Shown here piece by piece: positions 52,271-64,000 of a DNA stretch of 64,000 bases. This stretch comes from Vicugna vicugna. Its lineage: Eukaryota. The notes under the pieces are model-generated. The model saw nothing but the letters and a program-made list of their open reading frames with translations, was not told where the DNA came from and searched no databases. Position 1 is the first letter of the stretch. Every line of letters starts with the position of its first letter. The DNA lies in assembly GCA_013265495.1 (NCBI GenBank), contig MU057724.1, forward strand, positions 62,001 to 126,000, read 5' to 3'. The translations under genes and the position numbers were made by a program.

Positions 52271-52461
52271 TCATTCTATTTTTTTTAATCATATTGAAAT
52301 TTTCTAAACATTCATCTTGACCATATATCAGCTTCCTGTTGGCTCATTCTTCTTTCCTTTGTAACAGAATGCCTTGAGGGTTTACTAAATGACTATGTGA
52401 ATGTGGGACTCTTTCTTGGGCTCATGAGAAGTAAATTAGATCAAGCTTATCTGCAAAGACT

Positions 52462-52997
52462 TATTTATTAATTTTTATTGAGATATGGTTGATTTACAAT
52501 GTTGTTTTTTCTGGTGTACAACATAGTGTTTCAGTCATGTATATACATATATGTATTCTTTTCCATTACAGGTTACTATAAGATATTGAATATAGTTCCC
52601 TGTGCTATACAGTAGGTCCTTGTTGTTTATCTGTTTTATATATAGTAGTTTGTATCTGCTAATCCCAAAGTCCTATTTATCCCTTCTGCTCTTCCCCTTT
52701 CATAACCGTAAGTTTGCTTTCCATGTTGGTGAGTCTGTTTTGCAAATAAGTTCATTTATGTCATTTTTTAGATTCCACATATAAGTGGTGTCATACGATA
52801 TTTATTTTTCTCTGACTTATTTCATTTAGTATGATAATCTCTAGGTCCATCCATGCTGCTGCAGATGGCAATATTTCATTCTTTTTTATGGCTGAGTAGT
52901 ATTCCATTGTATATACATACCACATCTTCTTTATCCAGTCATCTGTTGATGGACATTTAGGTTGCTTCCATGTCTTGGGTATTGTAAGTAGTACTGC
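52462..52997 (-). mobile_element. L1 3' end (cetartiodactyl-type)
   Basis: ttttattgagatatggttgatttacaatgttg...gatattgaatatagttccctgtgctatacagtagg...gattccacatataagtg; ctgcaaaga flanks both sides (52452 and 52994), a possible TSD. Confidence 0.9.
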
Positions 52998-53974
52998 AAA
53001 GATTTATATTTACAAAAAAAAATTTACAAATTCCCCTGACTCCTTAGATCTTACCGGTGCATGAGTTATTATCATTTGACTTTGGGGTGTTTTTAGGTCT
53101 GGGTCTTAAAGGCAACTCCCTTGGTGGTTGCTTCTTTCATTCTTTTAAGGAATAACATGGAATTCATTGTACGGTGCTATATACAGAGCTTGTTATTTCT
53201 AAACTTGATTTGAATATTTTCTTTTTCTGCTTAAGTGTTTTGTTTTCATTCTTTGAGGACTTTTGCTCTATATATGGAATATAGGTTATAAAATAAGAGT
53301 GAAAGTAAATCCTGTATTTGCCCATTTTAATAAGTGAAATCATACTGTTTTTATATACTGTGCCATCCAATGGAAAATAAATTTGCCTTCTAGGAAGACA
53401 GTTTGGAAGGCTTTTGTTAACAAAGCCAGATGGCACCAGATATTAGTGCTATCTTTAACAATTTTAGCAAATCCATGAAAGTGAAAAATATTTGAAATAT
53501 TTTTAATGTGATCAATTTCTCTGGAGTCCTTATGCCCTAACTTCTCAAAACAATCATCTCAAGAGGAGGAAACAGATATGTAAATACATGTAATAAATGC
53601 ACATGAAAATTTATTCTTACAAGTACTAAAGATATAAAGCAAGATACTTTTGCAAAAATTTAAAAATATTCATCATTCCCAAATGTTGGGGGGAGTGAAG
53701 TTGGTTCCCTCTTTGGCAGTATGTCACAAACGTTAATGTGAACACACTTTGATGTAGAACTTATGCTACTAGGACTTTATACTATAAATATACTCAAATA
53801 TGTACAAAAGATATTGCCATAAATGTTTTGCCTAAAAACCTTAAAATCTAAAACTAACCTGAAGAGCCTTTAACATGGGATAGACTTAATAAATGAGCTA
53901 CCATACATCTCTGTAGTGTGTGGTAATTTAACATAGTGATAGAGAATGTATTTCCATTCATAGAAGCACATGTA

Positions 53975-54842
53975 GATCCCAAAGAAGATACATAAACAAC
54001 CAATTAATACATGAAAAGATGCTCAGCATCATTAGTAATTAGGGTAATGCAGATCAAAAACCACAATGAGATACCCCTTCATACCTACCAGGATGGCTCT
54101 GATCAGAAACCATGGGAAATAACAAGTGTTAAAGAGGATGTAAAGGAATTGGAACTCTTGTGCAGTGCTGGTAGAAATTTTAAAAGGTATAGCTGCTGTG
54201 GAAAATAGTTTGGCTCTTTCTGAAAAGGTTAAACTCAGTATTACCATGTAATCCAGCAATTCCACTCTTAAGTGTGTATCCAAAAGTACTGAAAATAGGG
54301 ACACAAGCAGATACTTGTATATCAGTGTTCATAGCAGCATTATTCACGATAGGCAAAGGGGGGAAACAACCCAAGTATCTGTCATTAGAGGAATAGTATA
54401 ACAATAATAGTAAACAAAATGAGTATAAATACACACACACACAAAGAAATATTATGCATCCTCAGAAAGGAATGAAATTCTGATATATGCTACAACGTGG
54501 ATGAACCTTGAAAACATTGTGCTTAATGAAAAAAGCTAGACACACAAAAAAGCAAATATTATTTGATTCCACTTACATGTGTTACCTAAAATAGGCAAAT
54601 TCATAGAGACAGAAAGTGGAGTAGAGATAACTGAGGAGTGAGGGGAGTAGAGAATTACTGTTTGGTAATAAGCACATAGTTTCTGTTTGGATTAGTGATA
54701 AAGTTCTTGAAATAGTGGTGATTGTTAACATTATGCCTAATGACTTAATGCCACTGAAGTGTCTGCTTAAAAAATGGTTAAATGGTAAAAATTTGTGTTA
54801 TTTGTGTATATATATTTATTTTACCACAATAAAAACAAATAC
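53975..54842 (+). mobile_element. L1MB-type 3' region
   Basis: MKRCSASLVIRVMQIK; cagcaattccactc; atgctacaacgtggatgaaccttgaaaacatt; ends ttttaccacaataaaaac. Confidence 0.9.
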
Positions 54843-57407
54843 AGAATAAGGAGAGAGCAGTTAAGAGAGCCAATCATTCTCAGGTGTTTGTTCCATTTCT
54901 TAAGTGAGTCAGCTAACCAGAATTCATACTTCTGTAGTACACATGTGGATGTGGGGCATACTGTATCTGTAGGTATGTAAACCAATATAAATAGAATCTT
55001 TAGTAAAATTTAGTTTGATGTTAACATTAAGGATGAATATATTGATAGAGGTCACATCATCCCTTTGTTGCAAGGTCCAAATCTATCAGTTCACAAGAGT
55101 CCAAAATTCCAGCAATGTCCCAACCAATTAATTCATCATTAAACTTCTAAATGGTACAAGAGTGATAATTGCTAACGTTTACATGAGTGTTAACTATATG
55201 CCAGGTACAGTGCTCGATTCCTGAGTCTTAGGTAAACTCACAATAGCCCTTTAGGATTGTTACTCTTTGTCTTCTTCATATTCTTTACCAAGAAGCCTAA
55301 GCATAAAGATTCACTGGCAGTAACCAGCAGTGCTCAGTAAGACTATTAGCAAGACCGCGTTCTGTCTCACAAGGCCAGGACTCTGCAGGAAGATGTGCAT
55401 AAGGACTAGGAAGAAGTGCTGAGTGGGGCTGTCCCTCTGAGGAGAGGCTGGGATGGTGGGCTCTCACCTTGCAGTGTCCAGGTGTGAGGCTAAGGAAGCC
55501 TTTGATGGACAGCTGTCATTGACCTGACCTAGACCACAGACACTGTTATGACCAGTGACAGGGTGGCAGCAGAGGGAGGGATTGTGACTGCGATCCAGGG
55601 AATGTTGCTGGTTAAGGGTCTCACGGGACCAAGGAGAAATGTTGATTCTTAGATTTGAGGGAACTTGATAAAAAGAGTATTGAATTGCACTTGACGGAGT
55701 TTAAGGCCAAACACATTTCCAGTCATTTTTTTTAACTATGTTCATTTGTGACATGACAGGTGATACCTGCTGTGCTTTCCCACAAAGTGGCTAAAGATAA
55801 ATGGTAATAAATGAAATGGCCCATTACGAACCCGGCTATTTCCACATATATTTCTCTGTGACACAAAAGTATAATTATAATTTTATAGCTCAGAGGCTTC
55901 AGCTTCACACATGATTGGATATGACAGTAATGGAAAACTCAAGTGAAAATTCTGTAGAGAACTGGAAGTAACTTTGTAGAGTATTATAGGTGTTAAAGGA
56001 TTGAGTTCAACACTGTTTACCGAAATAACCTGAGTAGGGTAAACTAGGGGAAGTCCTAGGGAAGAGATGGACTGTGGACTTGTATCTGAAGGATATGATT
56101 CACCAAGGTCAGAGGACACTGTACTTCTGTCTAGAGTGAGGTTGATTCATTTCAGAGAAGCTAGATGTCACTGATCTCCATATGAGCGATTTTGATCCAG
56201 CAGCACAAGCAGCTACTTGCAGAGACATGAGCCAGTTTCGGTCTCACTTTGAAGCCTGTTAGGAATATTTCAGTTAAAGCAGTAAACTGATGGTTAAATA
56301 TTAAACATTACTGAATGAATGGAATGCTTCATGCCTAATGCAGCCTCCTAGTTGGCCCATGGGTACTCTTATCACAAAAGTAAAGATTGGAAAAGCAAAC
56401 AGAAAGTTTCACTGTTTAGAACATTTCTGCTTTCTGGCCGTACTCTTCCAGATGGTGGGATGGGGTGGGATGTTAGCACAGCCCCTGAGTTCCTGGCCTT
56501 TGAGCTCCTAGACAGAGAGGGTGTGACAGGTGTCACTCCACTGCTTTCCCAATGCTTCTCTCTGTAAGAACACTGCTTAGCACACAAATTCTTCCAGATA
56601 TGCAAACACATTGTGACCCATCAGGCTAATAATATCAATGAACACAAATATTATATTTCATAATATAATATAGATTTATTCTTGCTTAAAAGGTATTGGA
56701 AACAATCATGTTCTCCGACTTCTAGAAGTTCAAATCATGGAATCATAACATGCTGCGCCCACACATACCCCAGCCAGAATAAAGAAGTTTTTCCTAATTT
56801 TACTAATATTTTCTTTTTTTCTTTTCAACATATTGATAATCTGTGAAATAAAGGCAAAGGTCAGAATAGAGGTGACCTTTGGCTGGTCTTGTTCTCAAAA
56901 TGATGATGACTTACTGTGGTCACCAAGGGTCCACACTGCTTCCCCCTCTTTGTGAGCACTGTTCTTTCTCACTCGAGTGGCTTTTCATACCCCCCTGGCC
57001 CACATGACAAAACCCGCACCTCTCCTGCCCCTTCTCTGTGTGGCTTTTTTTGCCACCTTCTTCCCATCTCAAGGCTCGCCAGGTTGCTTTCTCCTGTGTG
57101 CCCCTTGTGCCTACCACATGCCTGTGCTATAGCACAATTAACAGAAAGTCACCTGCAGTCACCCTCCTGTATCTCCTCCTACACTGTGAGCTTCTTGATG
57201 GCAGGGCTAGTATGGTTAGTGGTGAAAGTGGAAATTGTCTTTGCAAGTATGACCATTGGTCTCTGTGTTTCCCCAGAAAATCTTTAAATTAGATAATCCA
57301 CTTATTTTTGAGGAGTCAGGAATGGGAGTGGGAATATGTGTACTAGTAGTTGTAGCTTTGAAAACACAGTTTATTAGATCCTCCTACCCAGCTGAGATAA
57401 ATGTGCT

Positions 57408-58250
57408 TGAGAGATTTATGGTGTCTTGTCTTATGTTTAAGTCTTTATTTTGAGTTTATTTTTTTGTGTGGTATGAGAGAGTGTTCTAACTTCACTGATT
57501 TACATGCGGCTGTCCAGTTTTCCCAACACCACTTGCTGAAGAGACTGTATTTTCTCCACTGTGTATTCTTGCCTCCTTTGTCAAAGATTAATTGACCATA
57601 AATCTGTGTGTTTATTTCTGGGCTCTCTGTACTATTCCGTTGATCCATCCATATCTCTGTTTTTGTGCCAGTACCATGCTGTTTTGATTACTGTTGCTCT
57701 GTAGTCTTGTAACAGAAGTCTGGGAGGGTTATTTTTTCAGCTTCATTCTTTTTCTCCAGTGTTGCTTTGACAATTCTGGGCCTTTTGTGATTTCACATAA
57801 ATTTTAGGGTTATTTGTTCTAGTTCTGTGAAAAATGTCCTGGGTAATTCGGTAGGGATTGCATTAAATCTGTAGGTTGCTTTTGGTAGTATGGCCATGTT
57901 AATGATATTAATTCTTCCAAAACATTTCTGACTTAAATCTTAGCAATGTTTTCCTAGAGAAGTCTACTCAGGCAACAGAATAATTCAGTGAATTTTGTCA
58001 AATGCATTTTCTGCATTTATTGAGATGATATGATTTTTTGCCTTCATTTTGTAAATGTAGCATGTCACAAATGGATTTACAGATCTTGAACTGTACTTGC
58101 ATCCCTTGGGTCAGTCCCATTTGATCATGGTGTAGAATTCTTTAAAAATATTGTTGAATTCACTTTGCTAATATTTTGTCGAGGACTTTTGCATCTGTGT
58201 TCATTGGGGATGTTAGACTGTGGTGTCCTGTCTGGTTTGGGTGTCAGGGA
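57408..58250 (-). mobile_element. L1 ORF2 fragments (rearranged)
   Basis: ORF 57445..57648 [32 protein letters not shown]; additional non-contiguous ORF2 pieces after 57920. Confidence 0.9.
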
Positions 58251-59084
58251 AGTTACGCTACTGATGTACTTTCATTCTTTGTCTCATTGGGCAGGTATTT
58301 TTAGAGTGGTGAGTGCTGGGGATAAAATCATGTCAGTACCCTAATGGAGCTGCCAGTGACAGTCCTGTGAACAGCCAGCTACAGTGTGGTGGGTGGGAGA
58401 GTGTGCAGAGAGACGACCCGTAGTGCAGGAAGGCAGAGGGAGCCCAGGAGACAGGCAGCCTCAGAAGGATGAGCTGGAGGGTTTTGCTGGAACTGGAGAC
58501 AGCGAGTAACTGAGGAGAGAGAAGGAGACTGATTATAGAGAGAAAAGTCTGTGACCGTGGATGAAACTAGCAGCCTCTGGGCCTTGAAGGGCTTGTACTA
58601 TGTGCTAGGTACAGACTCAGTCTGGAAGGAGAAGGGGTGGCAGGGCACTTAACCAGGCCTGTGTTTTAGGAAATTCACCAGAAACATAGTGAGGGATTAG
58701 TCGGAGCAGGGGTAGGGCCCTGTGGCTGCTGAGGACCACCCTTCTGAGGAGGTTCCTGAGTGAGTAGGTGAAGAGCAGAGAAGCTGGCATGACAGCCACC
58801 GAGACAGCAGCAGAGGGGAGAAGCACCTGGGTCCTAGGAGCACCAGGAGGGTGAGGGTGGAAGGGAATCAGCCCTCTCGGCTTGAAAATTTGGGCTCTTC
58901 TGCCCTCACAGAGGTGGCGCCTACACGAAAAAGAGAGCAGATGGGACAGGCTCAGGATGGCCTCTGTTCCTGGTGAGTGGGAATCAGCCAGCTGTGCGCT
59001 ACAGTCAGCTGAGCTGAGGCTGATGAAAAGTGGGGCGTCTGAGAGAGGGGCGCCTGAACCGTGCCCACTCAACTCCATCCCGGC

Positions 59085-59215
59085 ACCTGTAACAAGTGAC
59101 CATGGACCCGGTGGCTTATGAACAATGGAAATTCGTCTCTCGAGAGTCCTGGAGGCTGGAAGTCCAAGTCAAGGCTTAGCCGATTCAGTGTCTGGTCGGG
59201 GTTGCTCCCTGGCTC
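59085..59215 (-). mobile_element. MaLR LTR fragment
   Basis: ctgtaacaagtgaccatggacccggtggcttatgaacaatggaaatt...cctggaggctggaagtccaagtcaagg. Confidence 0.7.
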
Positions 59216-60888
59216 ATAATAGTGGGAATTAACAGCCACTACAACAGTGTGTGTGCGCACGTATTGGGAGCGGGTGACAAAACAGCTCTGCTGAATGGTT
59301 CCCTGTCCACATATCCAGGTCAGGAGTGCAAAAGTGTCTTGCATATTTCCTGTAAGTCTGAAAATATTCTAGTACAAAATATTGAGGCAGAGAGGCTCCC
59401 ATAGTTCCAGAAAACAAAAAATGTGACTTAAAAGGAAGTGTGGGAGGCCCAGGGCAGCTGCTCAAAGCAGCTCTCTCTGCTGTTTGTCCTGGTGTTCTCG
59501 AAGTCCATAGGGCATGCGCTGGCAGCGATTTAAAGTAATTCTGTGTCAGGGTCTCTGAGCACACAATAGCCTGCAAAGACGCGGAAAGAAACCAGACTAC
59601 AGGAGGCCAGGCAGTGTGAGAGGAGAAGGCCTCCACCCTTAACCAGTGTGATGCCACCGCTCATCAGTTCCATGTGTCCTCCAAGCCCAAGAGCCCTTGT
59701 CCCCTAGCCTGAAACACGAGTGGCTCAACCCCTGTGCGTCAGAGTCACCCTCCTTGAGCCATGCTTGCAGAAGCAGGGAGCGATGTGGAAAGAGTGGCCT
59801 ACGCTGCCCACACACCTAAGTTTTTTCCTCCCACCAAGGCTCTTTTGTCTCCAGAGAGGTTGGTTTTGAAAATCTGTCAGCTCTCTCATCACTGAGAAAC
59901 AGGTCAGCCGCGGTGTGGTTTAGCCCTGATGAATTCCCTTCTTGTACCTGGTGACCGGGGAGCAGTGGCTGGTAGAGCACAAATCACAAGTGACAGTTAA
60001 GTGCCTGAGTCCTTGCAGACTGTCTCTGCAGGATGGCTCTGTGGTTCCTTTTCTTTTGCATTTTCACTGTGACTTTTTTACCCCTTGCCTGGGTCATACG
60101 GTGACCTCCAGCTGGTTACCTACCCAGTTCTGGGTACTTCTAGGTCCTTTTTTCAAGCCGTTTCGTGCCCTACTGCAGGTGTTGCCGCAGCCTTGATAGA
60201 AATTCTGGAAGCATAACTTGGCCTTGATGCTTGTGTGCTCTGAAATCTCAGGGAGTTCCTTGCAGTGCACAACGGTGAGCCAGTCTCTCAGTGTGAAGTG
60301 ATGACTCCCTCATTCAACTTCCCCAGTGCAGTTTCTGTTGCTCTGCTGCTTGTTCTGTGGCCCAGTTAATGAACCAACTCAGTATTCCTGGTATTTCCCC
60401 CTCACTCTGCCTGGAATGTCCTAACTCTGCATTGAAGACATCCTTATGAAGTCTGTCCTGATTCCTTCCATCTGGATGGGCTGTCTGCAGTGTTGAACCC
60501 TCTTTGTTTTTTTAAAACCAGTGCCTCTCATATAGCATGTGCCATGGTCTCCTGAATGTAAGAGTTTTACATAGGTTTGTCCTGTCCTCCTGCTTTACAG
60601 ATTGCCAGCAGTTTAGAAGCAAGAACTGTGTACGCGTCACAAATCTTCAGTTATAGAATTTGCTGTAATTTGGAATGACACTGTAGAAAGACTCACTTAA
60701 TTCATGTAGGTTTCAGGTGGTTTATTACCTTTCAACCTATAAACCAACAAGAAAGTCAGAGTTAATGCCACAGATACCACTATTAGCTATTTTAAGATAT
60801 TATTTAAACAGATTTTAAAAAATGTATTTCCTGGGAAACATATAAGAAAGAAAATTAGCAGTATAGGAGTCAAAAATTAGGTTGTCCT

Positions 60889-61316
60889 ATTTGCAGCAAC
60901 ATGGATGCTCCTAGAGAATGTCATTCTAAGTGAAGTAAGCCAGAAAGAGAAAAAAAAATACCATATGAGATCGCTCATATGTGGAATCTAAAAAACAAAA
61001 ACAAACAAACAAACAAAAACAAAGCATAAATACAGGACAGAAATAGACTCATGGACAGAGAATACAGACTTGTGGTTACCGGGGTGGGGGGCAGGGTAGA
61101 GGGTGGGAAGGGATAGACTGGGGTTTCAAAATTGTAGAATAGATAAACAAGATTACACTGTATAGCACAGGGAAATATACACAAAATGTTATGATAAATC
61201 ACAGAAAAATGTGACAATGAGTGGGTATATGTCCATGAATGACTGAAAAATTGTGCTGAACACTGGAATTTGACACAACACTGTAAAATGATTATGAATC
61301 AATAAAAAATGTAAAA
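60889..61316 (+). mobile_element. Young 5'-truncated L1 with a perfect 17-bp TSD
   Basis: TSD aaaaattaggttgtcct at 60872-60888 and 61317-61333. Body is closely similar to the reverse complement of 13700-14100. Ends aataaaaaatgt(A)n. Confidence 0.96.
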
Positions 61317-62539
61317 AAAAATTAGGTTGTCCTTTTAAGTACTGTACTGTATTTTTAATATTTCAGGATCAAATAAGAAAATGTTAAGCATAGACAATTC
61401 TTAATAGCAGTTTTGAGAAGACTTGCCTTTCTCTTCTCAACATTTTTAAGGCCTATGTATTTTCTCAGTATTACTATAAACTAAAAGGTGAAAATTGTGG
61501 TACTGGTCCTGGGAGCAGAGGCCTGGAGCCTGATAGAGGCCAGCAGGCCCAACGACCTGCCCAGTCAGTGCAGGAGGGACAGAAAAGGCAAGGAAGTCCC
61601 ATTGTGTTTTTCCTCGTTGGATTTAAAAACGGTCCTTCTAGTGACGACTCCTTAAGAATATGTTTTCATGTAGGAGTTGGTATTTTTAGGATTTTGGTGT
61701 TTTTACATCATTATTGTGATAAGATTTTGGCTCTTTAGTAGATTGATGTTTACTATCTGAAGTTAACAGGAAAAACAAGTCTTTTTTCCCTCAAGTTAAC
61801 ATAAAGCTTCATTAGTTATTAAGTAGAACATCCTTTTAAAGCAATTTAATATTCCCGTCACAAAGCAGAACGGGGAGGAATATATCACGGAAACATTCTT
61901 TAAAACTCAATTTTGGAACCGAATACAGAAAATGGAAAATAGTGTGTGATACATGTGTGTCTTGTGGTCACCTTTTGGGTAATTCTAATCAGCATCCCCA
62001 AATTTGAGAACGATTTTACCCAAGTTCTTCTAGACTAGCTGTAATTTCCTTCTCTGCCTGGCTACCAGGGAGGTAGTGAAAAAAATCTTCCAAATACAAG
62101 AAGTTATAAATGGGTTCTATCCAGGGTTTCCATTATGAGATAGAGCCATCCCAAGGAATCTGTAAACAATTGTATTTCAGTGGCAATATTCTTCTAAAGT
62201 TACTGTTTGGAGTCTTATCCTTCTATCTTGTATGTATATTATGTAGACCAAGGATGTGATCAAAATAGATAACATGGTAGCAACACCATCATCAAGCACT
62301 GTGCACTTTAGAGCTGATGTTAACTACAAGCGTTCTTATAAATGTATATTTAAACGTATCAAGGAATTGACCTGGCTTTTACTAAATGAGCATTTTACTA
62401 TATTGTATCCAGGTCAGTTGGAACTCAGCATATTGGGAACTTCACCTCACTTTCTTTCCCTGTCTTCTTTGATGGTATGGGCATCATTCAAAAGCATTTC
62501 AGTAAAACTAGGTATAATCCATAGAGGTATATGACAACT

Positions 62540-64000
62540 TCTTCTTTTAAAATTAAGACATAATTAGCTACCATTCAAGTCACCATTTTGAAGTCTACAG
62601 TGGTTTTTTTTTTACTATGTTTACAGAGTTGTATGACCATCACCGCAATCTGTTTTAGAAAGTTTTCATCACCCTGAAGAGAAATCTCATCCCCAGTGGC
62701 AGTCACTGTTCTTTCCCCCAAGACTTCAGCACTAGACAACCATCCGTCTATGAATGTGCCTATATTGGAAATTTCATATAAATGCAGTCATTCAGTGTAT
62801 GGTCTTATTTAAATAGCTTCCTTCATTTAGCATAGGAGCAAGGTTCATCCTTGTTGAAGCATATGTCAATACTTCATTCCTTTTTATGGCCAAATAATAC
62901 TTCATTATATGCACATACCACACTTTGTTTATCCGTTCATCTGTTGATGGACATTTTCGTCGTTTTTATTTTTGAGTATTATGAATAATGCTGCTATGAA
63001 TATTTGTTTACATGTTTTTACGTGGACATACGGTTTCATTTCCCTTGAGTTTATACCTAGATGAAGTAGAATTGCTAGGTCATCTGATAATTCTCTGTTT
63101 CACATTTTGAGGATCTACCAAATGATTTTCCACAATGGCTGCACTGTTACACACCTGACCAGCAGTGAATGAGTGTACCAGTTTCTCTGCAACCACACCA
63201 ACACGTTACTATCTTTTGACAATAATCATCCTATTAAATATGAAGTAGTATTTTGTTGTAGTTTTGATTTGTATTTCCCAGTGACTAATGATTTTGAGTA
63301 TCTTTCCATGTGCTTCTTTGTCATTTGTGTATCTTCTTTGGAGAAATCCCTATTCATAATGTCCTTTGCCTATTTTTAGTTGGGTTATTTATCTTTTTAT
63401 TATTGAGTTGAGAGTTCTCTATGTATTCTGCATTCAAGTCTCTTATTAGACATATGTTTTAAAAGTATTTTCTCTCATTTTTTTGTGTTGTCTTTTCACT
63501 TTATGGTGTTCTTTGAAGCAAAAAATGTTTTGAATTTTGATGACATCCAATTTATTTTTTTTTTCCTGTCACTTACTCTTTTGGTATCATATGTAACATG
63601 ACATAACAGACATATTCGTTCTTTTGCCAGTGGATATCCAATTATCCCACACCAATTTTTGAAAAGTTAATATTCTTTCCCTGTTGAATTTTCTTCGTAC
63701 CCTTGTTGAAAATCCATTGACCATAAATATGGATCATTTCTATCGAGTTACATTCCTTTCTTATGCCACTGTTAATCTATTTGTTTGTCTTTATTCCAGT
63801 ACCACTCTGTTTTGATTACTGTAGCTTTGTAGGATGCTTTGAAGTCAGAAATTGTGAGTCCTCCAACTTTGTTGTTCATTTTCAATATTGTTTGATGATT
63901 GTATGTCCCTTTACCTCCATATGAATTTTAGAATCAACTCATTGGTTTCTACCAAAAGGCTGGATAGGTTTTTGATAAAACATTGTGTTGAATCTTTAGG
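62540..64000 (-). mobile_element. L1MB-type 3' region, runs off the window
   Basis: caccattttgaagtctacagtgg...ttcattcctttttatggccaaataat...tgtatcttctttggagaaat...ttttgattactgtagctttgta. Confidence 0.9.

Noticed and set aside
55740..55880. Possible conserved non-coding element with homeodomain-like motifs
   Set aside because: Conservation cannot be judged from a single sequence.
1..64000. CRISPR arrays, operons or other prokaryotic-type systems; remaining short ORFs
   Set aside because: The sequence is mammalian intronic DNA with no regularly spaced repeat-spacer arrays. The other ORFs are repeat-derived or random.

Overview
Mammalian genomic DNA, most likely a camelid (two tRNA-Ala-derived SINEs resembling camelid Vic-1, plus young L1 copies). 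The whole window lies inside one large + strand gene. Three internal coding exons (21340-21590, 27581-27681, 50541-50754) splice into one open frame that I recognise as SPIDR (KIAA0146), probably equivalent to human exons 6-8. The rest is intron filled with interspersed repeats: young and old L1s, L2, MIR, MaLR/MLT LTRs, a MER21/68/77-group LTR, hAT MER58 and MER20, and microsatellites. There is also an antisense processed pseudogene of ferritin light chain (FTL) with a loop-mutated iron-responsive element. The most notable observations are: a young L1 that keeps its 5'UTR and ORF1 but lacks almost all of ORF2 (possible spliced or non-autonomous L1); a SINE whose target-site duplication encloses about 40 nt of extra 3' sequence; inverted repeat pairs bracketing the exons (possible back-splicing or editing substrate); and the FTL IRE C>U loop change. 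I found no convincing wholly new biological system. Repeat subfamily names and comparisons to human SPIDR come from recall and need database confirmation; boundaries of old repeats are approximate.
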